Below are positions 35,008 through 46,992 of a stretch of 64,000 nucleotides of DNA, piece after piece. The stretch lies in the NCBI GenBank assembly GCA_977862235.1, contig OZ374564.1, positions 1,798,001-1,862,000 of the forward strand, in the 5' to 3' direction. The translations under genes and the position numbers were made by a program. Numbering within the stretch: position 1 is the stretch's first letter; each line of letters starts with the position of its first letter. The notes beneath the pieces are model-generated. The model was not told the origin of the DNA and made no database searches. It saw only the letters and a program-made list of their open reading frames with translations. This DNA comes from Dudresnaya verticillata. Lineage: Eukaryota.

Positions 35008-36045
35008 CGTAGTAGCAGCTACATACCAGCCGCGTGTGTCCCCACCAGCGCTGCGCAATAGCGCACGCATGTCTGTGACGCAGGCTCTATCCTCGCCCCC
35101 GCCGCCCGCATTAATTGTTTCCATGTACACTGCAGAATCCGCACAACAGATACGCGTCGCCAGTGTACGCGCGCGTCGCCACCACCACCAGTGTCTCCGG
35201 CGCGCGCGTACCGTAAATGCTGTCCTGTCCCACGCGCGCCCACCCACCCACCACCCACCCTCCGCGCCCGCTCCGCGATGCGAGCCGACCGACCCCGTCC
35301 GTCGCTCGTGTCCTCGCGCTCGCTCGCGCCTGTCATATCGTATCTCCGGTGTTGACAGTTTGATGACGACATCGCCCACGCACCCGCCCCCGCCCCCCCC
35401 GCCGCACACACGCCGCTTGTAAGCGACGTGACGATCCCGCCCGCGCGCTGTAAACCGCTCGCCCTGTCCGCCCGCGACCTGCCGCCGCCGCGCGCGCGCG
35501 CGCGCGCGTGCGTCACACACACACTGCCGCCGCCGCCGCCGCAGCTGGTATCACGCCGTCACCGCGGCACGGACCGGCCTGGCAGCGGCGGCAGGCCGTC
35601 GACGCGCCATCTGCAACGCGGCGCGCGCGGCCGGCCGACCGGCCGGTCGTCGCGGTCATACGCGCGCGCACCGACAGACGCATTCCCTAACCGCGTCTGT
35701 CACGCCGCGCCGCCGCGCCACCCCCGCGCCACCCCCCCTCCACCACCCCTTTCGCACACGTGTCGCGCGCGCGGCGTATATTGCGCATAGAGATTATATA
35801 GCGCGCTTGCGCGATCAAAAAATGGTTACAGTAGCAACCACGCGCGAACGCGCCAAGCCACCGCGGCCGCCGCGCGCCGCGGCACCTCTTCTTAACCGCC
35901 GCGCCCACGCCAGCCCCGCCCGCCTTCATAAGCCGCCGCCCGCCCCCCGCCGCCCCCGCACCACCAGCCACGCCCCGCCATCCCACCCCACCCCATCCCC
36001 TCCCTTCGCCCCTCACACCCCCTCCCCACCCCTCCCCCCCCAAAG

Positions 36046-36750
36046 ATGAAGCAGTCCTTCTCCGCCCCGCTCCTCCTCCTCCTCCTCGCGCTGCTCCCAG
36101 CCGCCGCGCTCGCGCAGTCGCTGGACACCATCAAGAACGTGTGCCTGTGCAAGTGCTTCGTGCGCACCACGCTGGCCAAGGCGCAAAAGTTCGCCGAGGG
36201 CAAGTGCGCCGGCCTGCCGTCGTACTGCTTCGTGCGCACGTGCACGCGCGGCGCCACCGGCAACGCCGGCTACGAGTGCTGCGGCGTGCCCGGCACCGTG
36301 TCGCCGTCGCCCACGCCCACGCTCTCCGTCGGCGCGTCGCGCTCGCCAGACCCCACGCCGTCCGTCACCGCGTCCACCACGCCGGCCGTCTCGCCGTCCA
36401 CCAGCGTGGCCGCGTCGCCGTCTACCAGCGCGGCCGTGGCCGTTTCCCCGTCTACCAGCATGGCCGCGGCCGTCTCGCCGTCGACCAGCGTGGCCGCGGC
36501 CGTGTCGCCGTCCACTTCGGTGGCGGCTGTCACTCCGGCCGTGTCGCCATCTTCATCGCCGGCTGCCTCGCCGATGGCGTCGACGCCGCCCATGTGCGAC
36601 GGCGTGGCGTGCTGCGCGCCGGGCTGCGGCATGTGCAACGAGACCAACTGCGCGGCCAGGCCGGGCGGCCTGCTCAACTGCTGCTGGGGCTACATTGTCG
36701 AGAGTGGCCGCGTGTGCGGGCTTGCGCCGCCGCCGTGCAGAATTGTTTGA
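36046..36750 (+). CDS. Secreted Cys-domain / Ser-Pro-Thr stalk / Cys-domain protein, paralogue 1 (234 aa)
   Basis: Signal peptide MKQSFSAPLLLLLLALLPAAALA-Q; 8-Cys N-domain (CLCKCFVR..KC..PSYC..C..GYECC); SPSTSVAA repeats; 10-Cys C-domain ([40 protein letters not shown]); strongly GC-rich third positions. Confidence 0.9.
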   Translation: MKQSFSAPLLLLLLALLPAAALAQSLDTIKNVCLCKCFVRTTLAKAQKFAEGKCAGLPSYCFVRTCTRGATGNAGYECCGVPGTVSPSPTPTLSVGASRSPDPTPSVTASTTPAVSPSTSVAASPSTSAAVAVSPSTSMAAAVSPSTSVAAAVSPSTSVAAVTPAVSPSSSPAASPMASTPPMCDGVACCAPGCGMCNETNCAARPGGLLNCCWGYIVESGRVCGLAPPPCRIV

Positions 36751-37836
36751 GAAGGCTTGGATTAGGTCATGGCTTGGTTGAGAGGTGATTTTCGCGGTCG
36801 TTGGTGTTGTTGTTTTCTCGTCGGGCTGCTCGCTTCGTGTGATTCGTGGCGAAAGGTGCTCTTGTTGTAGATGCCGCTGTGGCACGCCGAGGATGTGGTA
36901 TTTGGCAGGTTTTGCAAACTTCTGGTCATGTTGTACTCACGGGCAAGAGGCGGTGTGTATGCCTAAAGGTACTCCGTGCGCGCCGCTGCTATGGTCTTAT
37001 GGTTTTCTTTCTCCGTTGTCGGCTGATACGTTTGGACAGAGACATACAGTAGGGAGAGAGAGAGAATAAAAGACTTGCGTTTTGGCGTCGCGGGGACTGC
37101 CGCCGTATTTGCATACAAATTGAGATTTTGCCTTTTTGTTTACCGCGCGCGCGAAACATGTCTGTTGTGCCTCCCTATCGTATCCGATCACAACGCGCAG
37201 TGTACCCTCGGACGCAGTGTGTCCCGAACGAGCAACGCGCACGGCACCGCACGGCACCGCGTCCCGCTTTCCGACCGAGCGGGCGCGTGCGGCAGGCGGA
37301 GTGTGCGGGAATGCGCACGCGGCGCGATGCGGCGGTACGCAAGTGCGCGCGCGTGAGACACTATGAGAGTGATAGGGTGTTTTCAGCGGAATACCTTCAC
37401 GCGACGCCGTTGCCGCGCGCAAAACAATGACGCGCAGCGCGCCAGCCACTGTAAACGCACGGTGCAGTACTGTACTGCGCGCGCACTCACACTGCTCGTC
37501 AGCAGCGCTTTCGCTATTTGCTATCGCAGCGCCGTCACTTTATCCGCATTGCAGGCGCGCACCACGTGGCGCTCCGCTTCGCCGCGCGCACTGTCCGTAC
37601 ACTGTCACCACGCACCGCCGCGCGCCGCGGCCATCATCGCCTCTCATCACCGCATTGTGTACAGTATGCCGTGCCGTGCCGTGCCACGGCACAGTGAGCC
37701 GCAGCGGCGCCTCGCCGCACCTCGCATTCCCGCACCCCCTCCCCGATCCGCCCCTCCCGCCCCATCCGCGCGCCATTATTCCTCGCCGCGCCGCGCCCAT
37801 CATCGCCCTACTTGCCACATCACCCGCCGTGCCGCT

Positions 37837-37869
<33 letters not shown>

Positions 37870-38009
37870 CCCCTCGCGCCGCCGCCCCCGCGCCGCGTAA
37901 TAAAGACCAAAGAGCCCAGCGCCGCACCCACCGCCACCGCACCAGCCACCCGCCACCCGCCGCTCCACCGCCCCGCCCCCTCGCTCCCTCGCGCCGCCCA
38001 CCCGCCACC

Positions 38010-39140
38010 ATGTCGCGCCCCACCCCGCCGCGCCGCCCCTCCCGCCGCCTCCCCGCCCTCCTCCTGCTCCTCGCCGCGCTGCTGCCGCTCGCCGCCGCGC
38101 AGACGCAGGCTGAAATCAAGGCCAACTGCGTGTGCAAGTGCTTCGTGCGCGACACCCTCGCGCGCGCGCGCGAGGTCGCCACCGGCAAGTGCGGCGCCAC
38201 CGTCCCGTCGTACTGCGGCGTGCGCGCCTGCGTGCGCCGCTCGACCGGCAACGCCGGCTTCGAGTGCTGCGCCGACCCGCCGTCGCCGTCGCCGACCGCG
38301 TCCGTGTCGCCGTCGCAGTCGCCCACGCCGTCCGTCTCGCCGTCGCAGTCGCCCACGCCGTCCGCGTCGCCGTCCGCGTCCGCGTCGTCGTCCGCGCCGC
38401 CGTCGCCGTCCGCGTCGCTGTCCGTCGGCGCGTCGCGCTCGCCCACGCCGTCCGTGTCGCCGTCCGGCTCGGCTACGCCGTCGATGTCGCCCACTCCGTC
38501 CGTGTCGCCGTCCGTCACCGCGTCCGTGTCGGCCTCGTCGTCCATCGCGCCGTCGCCGTCCGTGTCGCCGACCGCGTCGCAATCGTGGTCTGTCTCGCCG
38601 TCCGTCACCACTTCGCCGTCCGTTTCGCCGACCCCGTCCCAGTCGTGGTCTATCTCGCCGTCCCCCACCGCTTCCGGCCCAGCCACCTCCCCGTCCACCT
38701 CCGCCGCGGTCGCTGCATCCCCGTCCACCTCCGCCGCGGTTGCTGCCTCCCCGTCAACCTCCGCAGGTGCATCTTTGGCTGCATCGCCGTCCAACTCCGC
38801 GGCGGCAGCTGCATCGCCGTCCACCTCCGCCGGGTCGCCGACGTTCACGCCGCCGCCGCAGGGCACGCCGGTGCCGTCGCCGTCGTCGTCCGTTGCGGCG
38901 GTTGTCACGCCGGCCGTGCCCGCCTCGCCGAGCAGCAGCCCGGCTGCGCCGTCGCCGTCCGCGTCGGCCAGCTCCAACCCTGGGTGCGACGGCGTGGCGT
39001 GCTGCGCGCCGACGTGCGGGTCGTGCGACGAGGTGGACTGCTTCAACAAGCCCGGTGGAAGACTCAACTGCTGCTGGGGTAACATTGTTGAGAGTGGTAG
39101 GATCTGCGGACTGGTGCCGCCGCCGTGTCGTGTGGTCTAA
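38010..39140 (+). CDS. Secreted Cys-domain / Ser-Pro-Thr stalk / Cys-domain protein, paralogue 2 (376 aa)
   Basis: ATG at 38010 in GCCACCATG context, hydrophobic signal peptide, the same two Cys domains and a longer stalk. Confidence 0.9.
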   Translation: MSRPTPPRRPSRRLPALLLLLAALLPLAAAQTQAEIKANCVCKCFVRDTLARAREVATGKCGATVPSYCGVRACVRRSTGNAGFECCADPPSPSPTASVSPSQSPTPSVSPSQSPTPSASPSASASSSAPPSPSASLSVGASRSPTPSVSPSGSATPSMSPTPSVSPSVTASVSASSSIAPSPSVSPTASQSWSVSPSVTTSPSVSPTPSQSWSISPSPTASGPATSPSTSAAVAASPSTSAAVAASPSTSAGASLAASPSNSAAAAASPSTSAGSPTFTPPPQGTPVPSPSSSVAAVVTPAVPASPSSSPAAPSPSASASSNPGCDGVACCAPTCGSCDEVDCFNKPGGRLNCCWGNIVESGRICGLVPPPCRVV

Positions 39141-40997
39141 GCGCGGACATGATTCAAAACTGGTAACAATCTCAGAGCAATTAGCATATACACACTTGGC
39201 TCAAGCGGTCTAGTGCCGTTGACCGAGGTTAAGAAGACCTATTAACAAAAATGTCGCTGCGACTCATAGGTGACGCTAAAGTATTTACTCGACGCCGGAT
39301 GAAGGAGATAAGATGCGGTAAAGAAAGTATATGAGCCACCTGGTAAGAATCAACTTGCAATGCCGTCAACCTTTTAGACTTTGTGCATTGATTGCGCGAG
39401 ATGTCATCTTGTTGCATAGACTCAATTCCGCTTTCCACCGATCAGAAAGATACTTGCGCCTTCCCACGGTATCTTACTGTTGTGCACTGTACCATCTTCT
39501 AACACAGCGGATAATCGTTGCGCCAAAAGTCGCCGAAGCAAACAAGGCATACACACACACACACACACACGCAACTCTCGCTCCACAACACAGCAGGATC
39601 ACCGCTCTCAGTGCCACACCCACGGCGTGCTTGATCCGTCTCCCAAATTTGAGAAAAACGTTATTCAAAGCGGCCCTCTCGCGCTCTCACGTAAGCGCTC
39701 TGAAAGCGCCTGCACAATATTCAAAACACCGCAACAAACGGCGCCGACGCGACACTCCAAGGCGCCGGCCGCGTCTTTACGTGGGCCGGAGCCATTAATC
39801 CGTCCACAACAGCCGCGCTCGTCTGCGCCCGCCGTTGACTGCGCGCGCGCCGCGCGGCCTGCCGGCAAGCGAGCCCTCCCGACGCTGCGACGGGACGAGC
39901 CCTGCGTTTTTGGAAGTTGGGCTTTTGCTAACGGCGTCCCTGTCCCGACGCTCGCTGATTGTGGCGGCGTCGAGCGCGCCCCGCGTGCTCGAATGCAGTA
40001 ATGGGCTGTGTCGAGCGCGTACAGAGTGAGTGCTTTCCCCGACGGTGCTATTGTCGTCCATGCGGCTATTTTGGACTGCGCGAAAACCCTATCCCTCCCG
40101 CCCGCGAGAGCGCGCGGGATGGGTGGTGGGTGAAGAGTTCGTCTTACATGTATAATGTTATGCCGCGAAGATTGTATTCAGTTGGGCATTATTAGGATAG
40201 CTTTGCAAAGTTTGCAGCGGTGACGGCCCCCTTTGGTCTGCGCGAGAGCCACACCACGGTCTGGACCCTGTTCGCGACATGGAGAGAGTTTGAAATCCTT
40301 CTTGCGAACGTCAAGGGCCGCGGGGGCGAGTGTTGATCTGGAGTTGTCGCCGCGCTGTAAAATACCGCGTGTCGTGTCTGAGGCGACACAGAGAGAGAAA
40401 GAGAGAGAAAGAGAGAGAGGGAGAGGCAGCGCGCCTGCGCTCTTCTTCCGAACACGCTAGTCGGCCTTCGAGGGGGCCATCAGCGAGGCCGGTGGGCCAA
40501 CTGCACGCTTCGCAGACGGCGCATATTATGGCGTGCGACTTTTGTCTACTCGCAGTCAATCATTCGCATATGCCGCCCTCCTTTATCAACGTATGTGCCT
40601 GTCGGTCGCAGATGTTCAGCAGAGGCATCAACTACGAGTAGCGTCTGCCTCTCTCTCTATGTTTAAACAAGACGCCACTGCGTGTCGCCACAGCAGCGCT
40701 CGTTTTCAGACCCGATTCGCGAACGATCCATCGCAAGAGCTTTCAAAGCCCCATAGCTGTGCAAACCCGCGCAGACATTCGCGTATCGCCTCTACCACCA
40801 ACCGCGCCCTTCGCAACCCTCCATACGTCATATTCCGACCTGCATACGCCCCACGCCCCTGTCCTTTCCCAGCGACCCCACCCCTTTCCATACAACTCCA
40901 TCCCCATCGACACGCAGCCCACCTCCGACCCCCCTGGTCCGACTCTTCCCCCTTCCCGCTCCTTCCCCCTCCCCCACCCCACCCCACCCCACGCGCC

Positions 40998-42365
40998 ATG
41001 TCTCGCTCTACCCCCCTCCTCCTCCACCTCCCCCTCGTCGTCGTCCTCCTCCTCTCAACCCTGCTCGCGCTCGCGCTCGCGCAGTCGCTCGACACCATCA
41101 AGAACGTGTGCGTGTGCAAGTGCTTCGTGCGCTCCACGCTCGCCAAGGCGCAAAAGTTCGCCGAGGGCAAGTGCGAAGGCCTCCCGTCGTACTGCCGCGT
41201 GCGCGCCTGCGTGCGCCCCGGGACTCATCACGGCGGAGCCGGCTTCGAGTGCTGCGCAGACCCGCCGTCGCCGACGCCCACACCCGCACTGACCAGGGAC
41301 GAGATCAGGGCCAACTGCGGCTGCAAGTGCTACTTGCGCACCACACTCACAAAAGCGCGCTGGTTAGCCACAGGCAAGTGCGGCGCCAACGTCCCGTCGT
41401 ACTGCACCGTGCGCGCCTGCGTGTCCATCCCGCACAACAAGGGCGGCTTCGAGTGCTGCGCAGAACCGCCGCCGCCGACGCCCACACACCCTCCGTGTCG
41501 CTGTCCACCTTCATCGTCCCATGGCCGCTAGCATCCTCCTCCGCATCGCCGAGTGCCACGGCGTCTGTAACGGCTTCGCCTTCCGTCACCGCGCCGGTGA
41601 CTGCTTCGCCTTCCGCCAGTGCGTTAGTGTCGGTGTCGGCAACGGCGTCGGTGTCGGCCTCTCCCAGCTCGTCCTTCCCTGCGTCGCCGTCGGCCTCGCC
41701 GTCGGTTGGCGTGTTACGTACCGGTAAAGAGCTCTGGTTTCTTTAGTTGATTTCTCGCGGTAGACACGCGCGGACCCGTTTCTTCTCTATCCACAGGTGC
41801 CTCGTTCCTTCTGTTGAACCTTCTCCCTATATTCGTATCCATTTGTACGACCGTACTATCCATAGAGCACAAACTAAAACACGACAGGATACTCTCCATG
41901 CCTACAATTGCACTGACACCCAAGACGTGATTGCTCTCCTCGTCTACACTCGCACTGACACGCGAGAAGTGACATGTCGACACTAGGACTTCTTGGCCGG
42001 TGACATCCCCCTCGATCAAGATAACACCCGATCCAGTCTGCCAGCAGGCGGCCACCACTAACTGTCCACCCTTGCCCTGGCCTCTAACAGGCGCGTCGAG
42101 ATCGACGACGCCGTCCGTCACGGTTTTGGTGTCTGTGTCGACTTCGCCAGACCCGTCTCCATCTGCGACGCCATCTGTTTCGCCATCTGCATCTGTAACC
42201 TCAAGCCCTTCCGCGTCTACATCTGTTGATGACAAGCCCCTTGGTATCTGCATCTACATCTGTTGTGGCAAGCCCCTCGGCATCAGCATCAGTTGATGCA
42301 AGTCCTTCGGCATCGACGCCTGTTGGTGCAAGTCCCTCGGCGTCGACATCTGCGAAGCTGGCCTT
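40998..42365 (+). pseudogene. Paralogue 3: two tandem N-terminal Cys domains, frameshifted (~41487), interrupted by a solo LTR and lacking the C-terminal Cys domain
   Basis: [28 protein letters not shown] then TRDEIRANCGCKC..ECC. The stalk continues in another frame, resumes after 42089 (GASRSTTPSVT) and decays by ~42365. Confidence 0.85.
41712..42089. mobile_element. Solo LTR (378 bp) with 4-bp target-site duplication GGCG
   Basis: TGTTA...TAACA termini; GGCG at 41708-41711 and 42090-42093. The uninterrupted paralogue reads GTTGGCGCGTCGAG at 45121. Confidence 0.85.
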
Positions 42366-44616
42366 CTCACTCTAGTTCCTACTGTCTGACTTATACTCCT
42401 TATCTGAGCACAGCACCCAGCCACGAGCGCGTTGTCATTCGCGACCTTTCGCGCTTTTCTTCCTGGGGGCTGCCACATCACCCTCTTCCGAATGACAGCC
42501 AGTTGGGGAAGTAGTCCTTGCTTCCCTTACCATGCTGCGAACATGCGAGTAGTGCGTTCGTCACACAAAGCAGTCGTGCTTTAACCATAGCGGTCAGGCG
42601 GCCGGCTCCGTTTAAACTGCAGCCTCGCAAAAAGAAAACCATTCCCTACAATAATCACTAACAAAAATGTCGCTACGACTCATAGGTGACGCTAAAGTAT
42701 TTACTTGATGCCGGATGAAGGAGATAGGATACGGTAAAGAAAGTATGTGATCTAAGAATCAACTTGCAATGCCGTCTACTTTTTAGACTTTGTGCAGTGA
42801 TTGTGCGAGATGTCATCTTGTTGCATGGACTCAATTCCGCTTTCCACCGATCAGAAAGATACTTGCGCCTTCCCACGAGATCTCACTGCACCACCTGCCA
42901 ACACAGCGGACACACACACACACACACACACACACACGCCACTCTCGCTCCACAATATAGCAGAATCACCGTTCTCAGTGCCACCCACATACACGGCGTG
43001 CTTGATCCGTCTCCCCAATTCGAGAACGGCCCGCGCGTTATTCAAAGCGGCCCTTTCGCGCTCTCACGTAAGCGCTCTGAAAGCGCCTGCACAATATTCA
43101 AAACACCGCAACAAACGGCGCCGACGCGACACTCCAAGGCGCCGGCCGCGTCTTTACGTGGGCCGGAGCCATTAATCCGCCCACAATAGCCGCGCTGGTC
43201 TGCCCCCGCCGTCGGCTGCGCGCACAAACGTTCGCACGCCGTTGCGTGCCAGCGCTAGCGCCGCGCCGGTATCCGCCGCGCTGCCTGCCGACAAGCTTAC
43301 CTTCCCTCCCGTCTCGCGCCCGGCTGCCAAGCGGCCAAGCAAGCGCGCAGGCAGAGGCAGCTGCTCGGCCAGCCAACGGGCGCGCCGCGGTTGCGAGTTT
43401 CTCCTCTGGCGCGTGCGGCTTTACGCAAGCGCCGGCGCACGCGCGCGCGCGCCCGCGTTGCGGGACGCGCTCTGCGCTTTTGCAAATTGGGCTTTTGCCA
43501 ACAGCGTCGCTGTCCCGACGCTCGCGCGCTCGCTCGCTGATTGTGGCGGCGTCGCGCGCGCCCCGCGTGCTCGAATGCAGTGATGGGCTGTGTCGAGCGC
43601 GTACAGAGTGAGTGCTTTCCCCGACGGTGCCATTGGCATCCATGCGGCTATTTTGGACTGCGCGAAAGCCCTATCCCTCCCGCCCGCCGAGCGCGCGGAA
43701 TGGGTGGTGGGTGAAGAGTTCGTAAGCAAAATGCGCCGTCTGCGAAGGGTGCAGTTGGCCCGGCCTCGCTGATGGCCCCCTCGCAGGCCGACTAGCGTGT
43801 TTGGAAGAAGAGCGCAGGCTCGCGCGCGCTCTCTCTCTCTCTGCCTTTCTCTCTCTGTGTCGCCTCAGACACGACACGCGGTATCTTACAGCGGGCGACA
43901 ACTCCAGATCAACACTCGCCCCCGCGTCCCTTGAGGTTCGCAGGAAGGGTTTCAAACTCTCTCTATGTCGCGAACAGGGTCCATACCGTGGTGTGGCTCT
44001 CGCACCAACCACGGGGACCGTCACCGCTGCAAACTTTGCAAAGTTATCCTAATAATGCCCTACTGCAGACCCTCTTCGCGGCATAATAATACTCTAATGC
44101 ACATGTAAGATGCATAAAGAGTTGGCGCGCGACTTTTGTCAACTCGCAGTCAATCATTCGCATATGCCGCCCTCCTTTATCAAATGTGCCTGTCTGTCGC
44201 AGATGTTCAGCAGAGGCATTAACTACAATAGGAGTAGTTTCTGCGTCTCTCTCTATGTTTAAAGAAGACGCCACTGCGTGTCGTCACAGCAACACTCGTT
44301 TTCAGACCCGATTCGCGAACGATCCATCGCAAGAGCTTTCAAAGCCCCATTCCCGTATCGCCTCTACCCCGAGCGTACCACCAACCTCCGCGCCCTTCGC
44401 AACCCTCCGTGCTTCATATTCCGACCTGCATACGCCCCACGCGCCTGTCCTTTCCCAGCGACCGCACCCCTTTATACACAACTCCATCCCCATCGACACA
44501 CACCCTACCCCCGATCCCCCTTCTCCGACTCTTCCCCCTTCCCGCACCTTCCCCTTCCCTCACCTTCCCCTTCCCGCACCTTCCCCCTCCCCCTCCCCCA
44601 CCCCACCCCACGCGCC

Positions 44617-46065
44617 ATGTCTCGCTCAACCCCCCTCCTCCCCCTCCTCCTTCTCCTCGTCTCAACCCTGCTCGCGCTCGCGCTCGCGCAGACCAGGGAC
44701 GAGATCAAGGCCAACTGCGTGTGCAAGTGCTTCGTCCGCGACACACTAGCACGCGCGCGCGAGGTCGCCACCAACAAGTGCGGCGCCACCGTCCCGTCGT
44801 ACTGCGGCGTGCGCGCCTGCGCGCGCCGCTCCTCGGGAAAAGACGGCTTCGAGTGCTGCGCAGACCCGCCGTCGCCGTCGCCCACGCCGACCGCGTCGCC
44901 GTCGGCCTCCATCATCCCGTCGCCGTCCGCATCGCCGACTGTCACCGCGTCTGTGACGGCTTCTCCGTCCGTCACCGCGTCTGTGACTGCTTCGCCTTCC
45001 GCCAGTGCGTCTGTAACGGCTTCGCCTTCCGCCAGTGCGTCGGTGTCGGTGTCGGCAACGGCGTCGCTGTCGGCCTCTCCCAGCTCGTCCATCCCTGCAT
45101 CGCCGTCAGCCTCGCTCTCGGTTGGCGCGTCGAGATCGCCGACGCCGTCCGTCACGGCTTCGGTGTCTGCGTCGACTTCGCCAGACCCGTCTCCGTCTGC
45201 AACGCCGTCTGTTTCGCCATCTGCATCTGCAACCTCCAGCCCTTCAGCGTCTACATCAGTTGATGCAAGCCCCTCCGTATCTGCATCCCCATCTGTTGTG
45301 ACAAGCCCCTCGGCGTCTACATCTGTTGATGCAAGTCCTTCGGCATCGATGTCTGCTGGTGCAAGTCCCTCGGCGTCGACATCAGTTGATGCAAGTCCCT
45401 CGGCGTCGACATCAGTTGATGCAAGCCCTTCGGCGTCGACATCAGTTGATGCAAGCCCTTCGGCGTCGACATCAGTTGATGCAAGCCCTTCGGCATCAAC
45501 GTCTGTTGGTGCAAGCCCCTCGGCGTCGACATCAGTTGATGCAAGCCCTTCTACATCAACGTCTGTTGGTGCAAGCCCCTCGGCATCAACGTCTGTTGTC
45601 GCAAGCCCCTCGGCGTCACCGTCAGTTGATGCAAGTCCATCGGCATCAGTATCCGCTTCAAGCTCACCACCTGCATTCACTCCCAGCACCGCGGCTCCAT
45701 CGCCCTCGGCATCTCCCTCCGCTGCCGCGGCAAGTGTGTCCCCCACAGCGTCGTTGTCGGCGGCATCGCCGAGTCCGTCACCAAGCAGCTCTTCCGCCGC
45801 CTCGCCCGCTGCGGGCACTCCGTCTCCTACCTCTTCGCCGTCGATGTCCGCAACGGCTACGCCTTCTGTTACAAATACTCCTTCTGTGACGCCGAGTCCG
45901 GCGGTCTTGTGCGATGGCATCGCGTGCTGCGCCCCGGAGTGCGGCTCGTGCGGCGAGACCGACTGCGTTGGCAGGCCTGGCGGCCTTTTCAACTGCTGTT
46001 GGGGTTACATTGTTGAAAGTGGGAGGATCTGTGGACGAGACCCTCCACCGTGCCGTCTCGTCTAA
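44617..46065 (+). CDS. Secreted Cys-domain / Ser-Pro-Thr stalk / Cys-domain protein, paralogue 4 (482 aa) with 30-bp tandem repeats
   Basis: Signal peptide [25 protein letters not shown], both Cys domains intact, about a dozen ASPSASTSV(D/G) 10-aa repeats at ~45240-45650. Confidence 0.9.
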   Translation: MSRSTPLLPLLLLLVSTLLALALAQTRDEIKANCVCKCFVRDTLARAREVATNKCGATVPSYCGVRACARRSSGKDGFECCADPPSPSPTPTASPSASIIPSPSASPTVTASVTASPSVTASVTASPSASASVTASPSASASVSVSATASLSASPSSSIPASPSASLSVGASRSPTPSVTASVSASTSPDPSPSATPSVSPSASATSSPSASTSVDASPSVSASPSVVTSPSASTSVDASPSASMSAGASPSASTSVDASPSASTSVDASPSASTSVDASPSASTSVDASPSASTSVGASPSASTSVDASPSTSTSVGASPSASTSVVASPSASPSVDASPSASVSASSSPPAFTPSTAAPSPSASPSAAAASVSPTASLSAASPSPSPSSSSAASPAAGTPSPTSSPSMSATATPSVTNTPSVTPSPAVLCDGIACCAPECGSCGETDCVGRPGGLFNCCWGYIVESGRICGRDPPPCRLV

Positions 46066-46514
46066 TCGCAAAAAGCGTGCAATCTCCAAAGACAAACTGG
46101 TCTCGATTTTGAGAGTCAAACCTTTTTACGTCCAGAACTGCAAACAAAGGCACGAAGTAGTTGAAGTAGAAGCGAGTGAACGACTAAGACCTACGATTTT
46201 CCCTGTAGTGGACGTGCTTCCCGGTTGTGTTGACCAACACGCTTGTATATAGAGCGCATTCGGCACACGAATTACGCATGGAATGCATGTTAAGGGAGAT
46301 CTCATGGCATGGCAGTATGGACGCAAACTCGGCAGGGACACGTCCAAATGCAGTTCACTGCTAATCAGTTATTCACGATGGGTTCGGTGCAGTACAATAC
46401 ATAATCGTGGTGTACGCAGTTCAACGCATTTTGAGGCCGATTCGATCGAATCTTCGATATCTTAAGCGGGAAGATCAACTTTACTCAGCAATAACAAGAA
46501 GCTCCATAATAGTA

Positions 46515-46992
46515 CTGTCAACTCGCGATAAATGAATAATGACGGTCGACAGGTTTCTATTCAGTTATCGCGAGAATCCAAATGTCGGATGTGTATGACA
46601 AAGCACATTACAGTATGAGAGCACATTTAGTTGCAGAATAGAGTACCACGCTACTGAATGAAGTCATCGAGAGTTGATTGATGGGCATCGCGCGCTGCGG
46701 CAAGGCGCAGATGGCACTGCAAACGACATATAAGAAGCCGATCTAGAGCTCTGGCGGGAAGCGCGAGACTTTTTGTCCTCTTCCCTTCGGGATGCTACAC
46801 TCCCGACCCCCAGCCGGCCCAGGAGAGCGATTTCAATGCTGCGCCGTCCTGAAACTCTCAATTCAAATAGCGGGAGAACATAATGTGGCTATTTTAGTTA
46901 TTTTTTGCTGCTTCCCATGTCGGGAAACGTAGACTGTATTCGAATATCGGGATTATGCATTTATTGGTCATTCAATTATCGCGAGTTGACTG
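46515..46992. mobile_element. Tc1/mariner (pogo-like) MITE, 478 bp
   Basis: TA|CTGTCAACTCGCGATAAATGAAT ... ATTCAATTATCGCGAGTTGACTG|TA: ~23-bp TIRs (consensus start CAGT) with TA target duplication; no recognised coding capacity. Confidence 0.8.

Larger units (their letters stand above)
39243..46065 (+). repeat. ~3.4-kb tandem segmental duplication (upstream region plus gene): 39243-~42365 and 42659-46065
   Basis: Both copies start TAACAAAAATGTCGCT(G/A)CGACTCATAGGTGACGCTAAAG and stay alignable through the (CA)n tract, upstream region and ATG TCT CGC TC. Confidence 0.9.

Noticed and set aside
32100..39213. Long Arg/Ala/Pro-rich ORFs (e.g. 37363-39213, 32127-33011, 33485-34471) and antisense Asp/Gly-rich ORFs
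   Set aside because: Shadows of GC-rich intergenic DNA, or alternative and antisense frames of the Ser/Pro-rich genes; no motifs.
45240..45650. CRISPR-like or non-coding 30-bp repeat array
   Set aside because: In-frame coding repeats ([10 protein letters not shown]) of paralogue 4.
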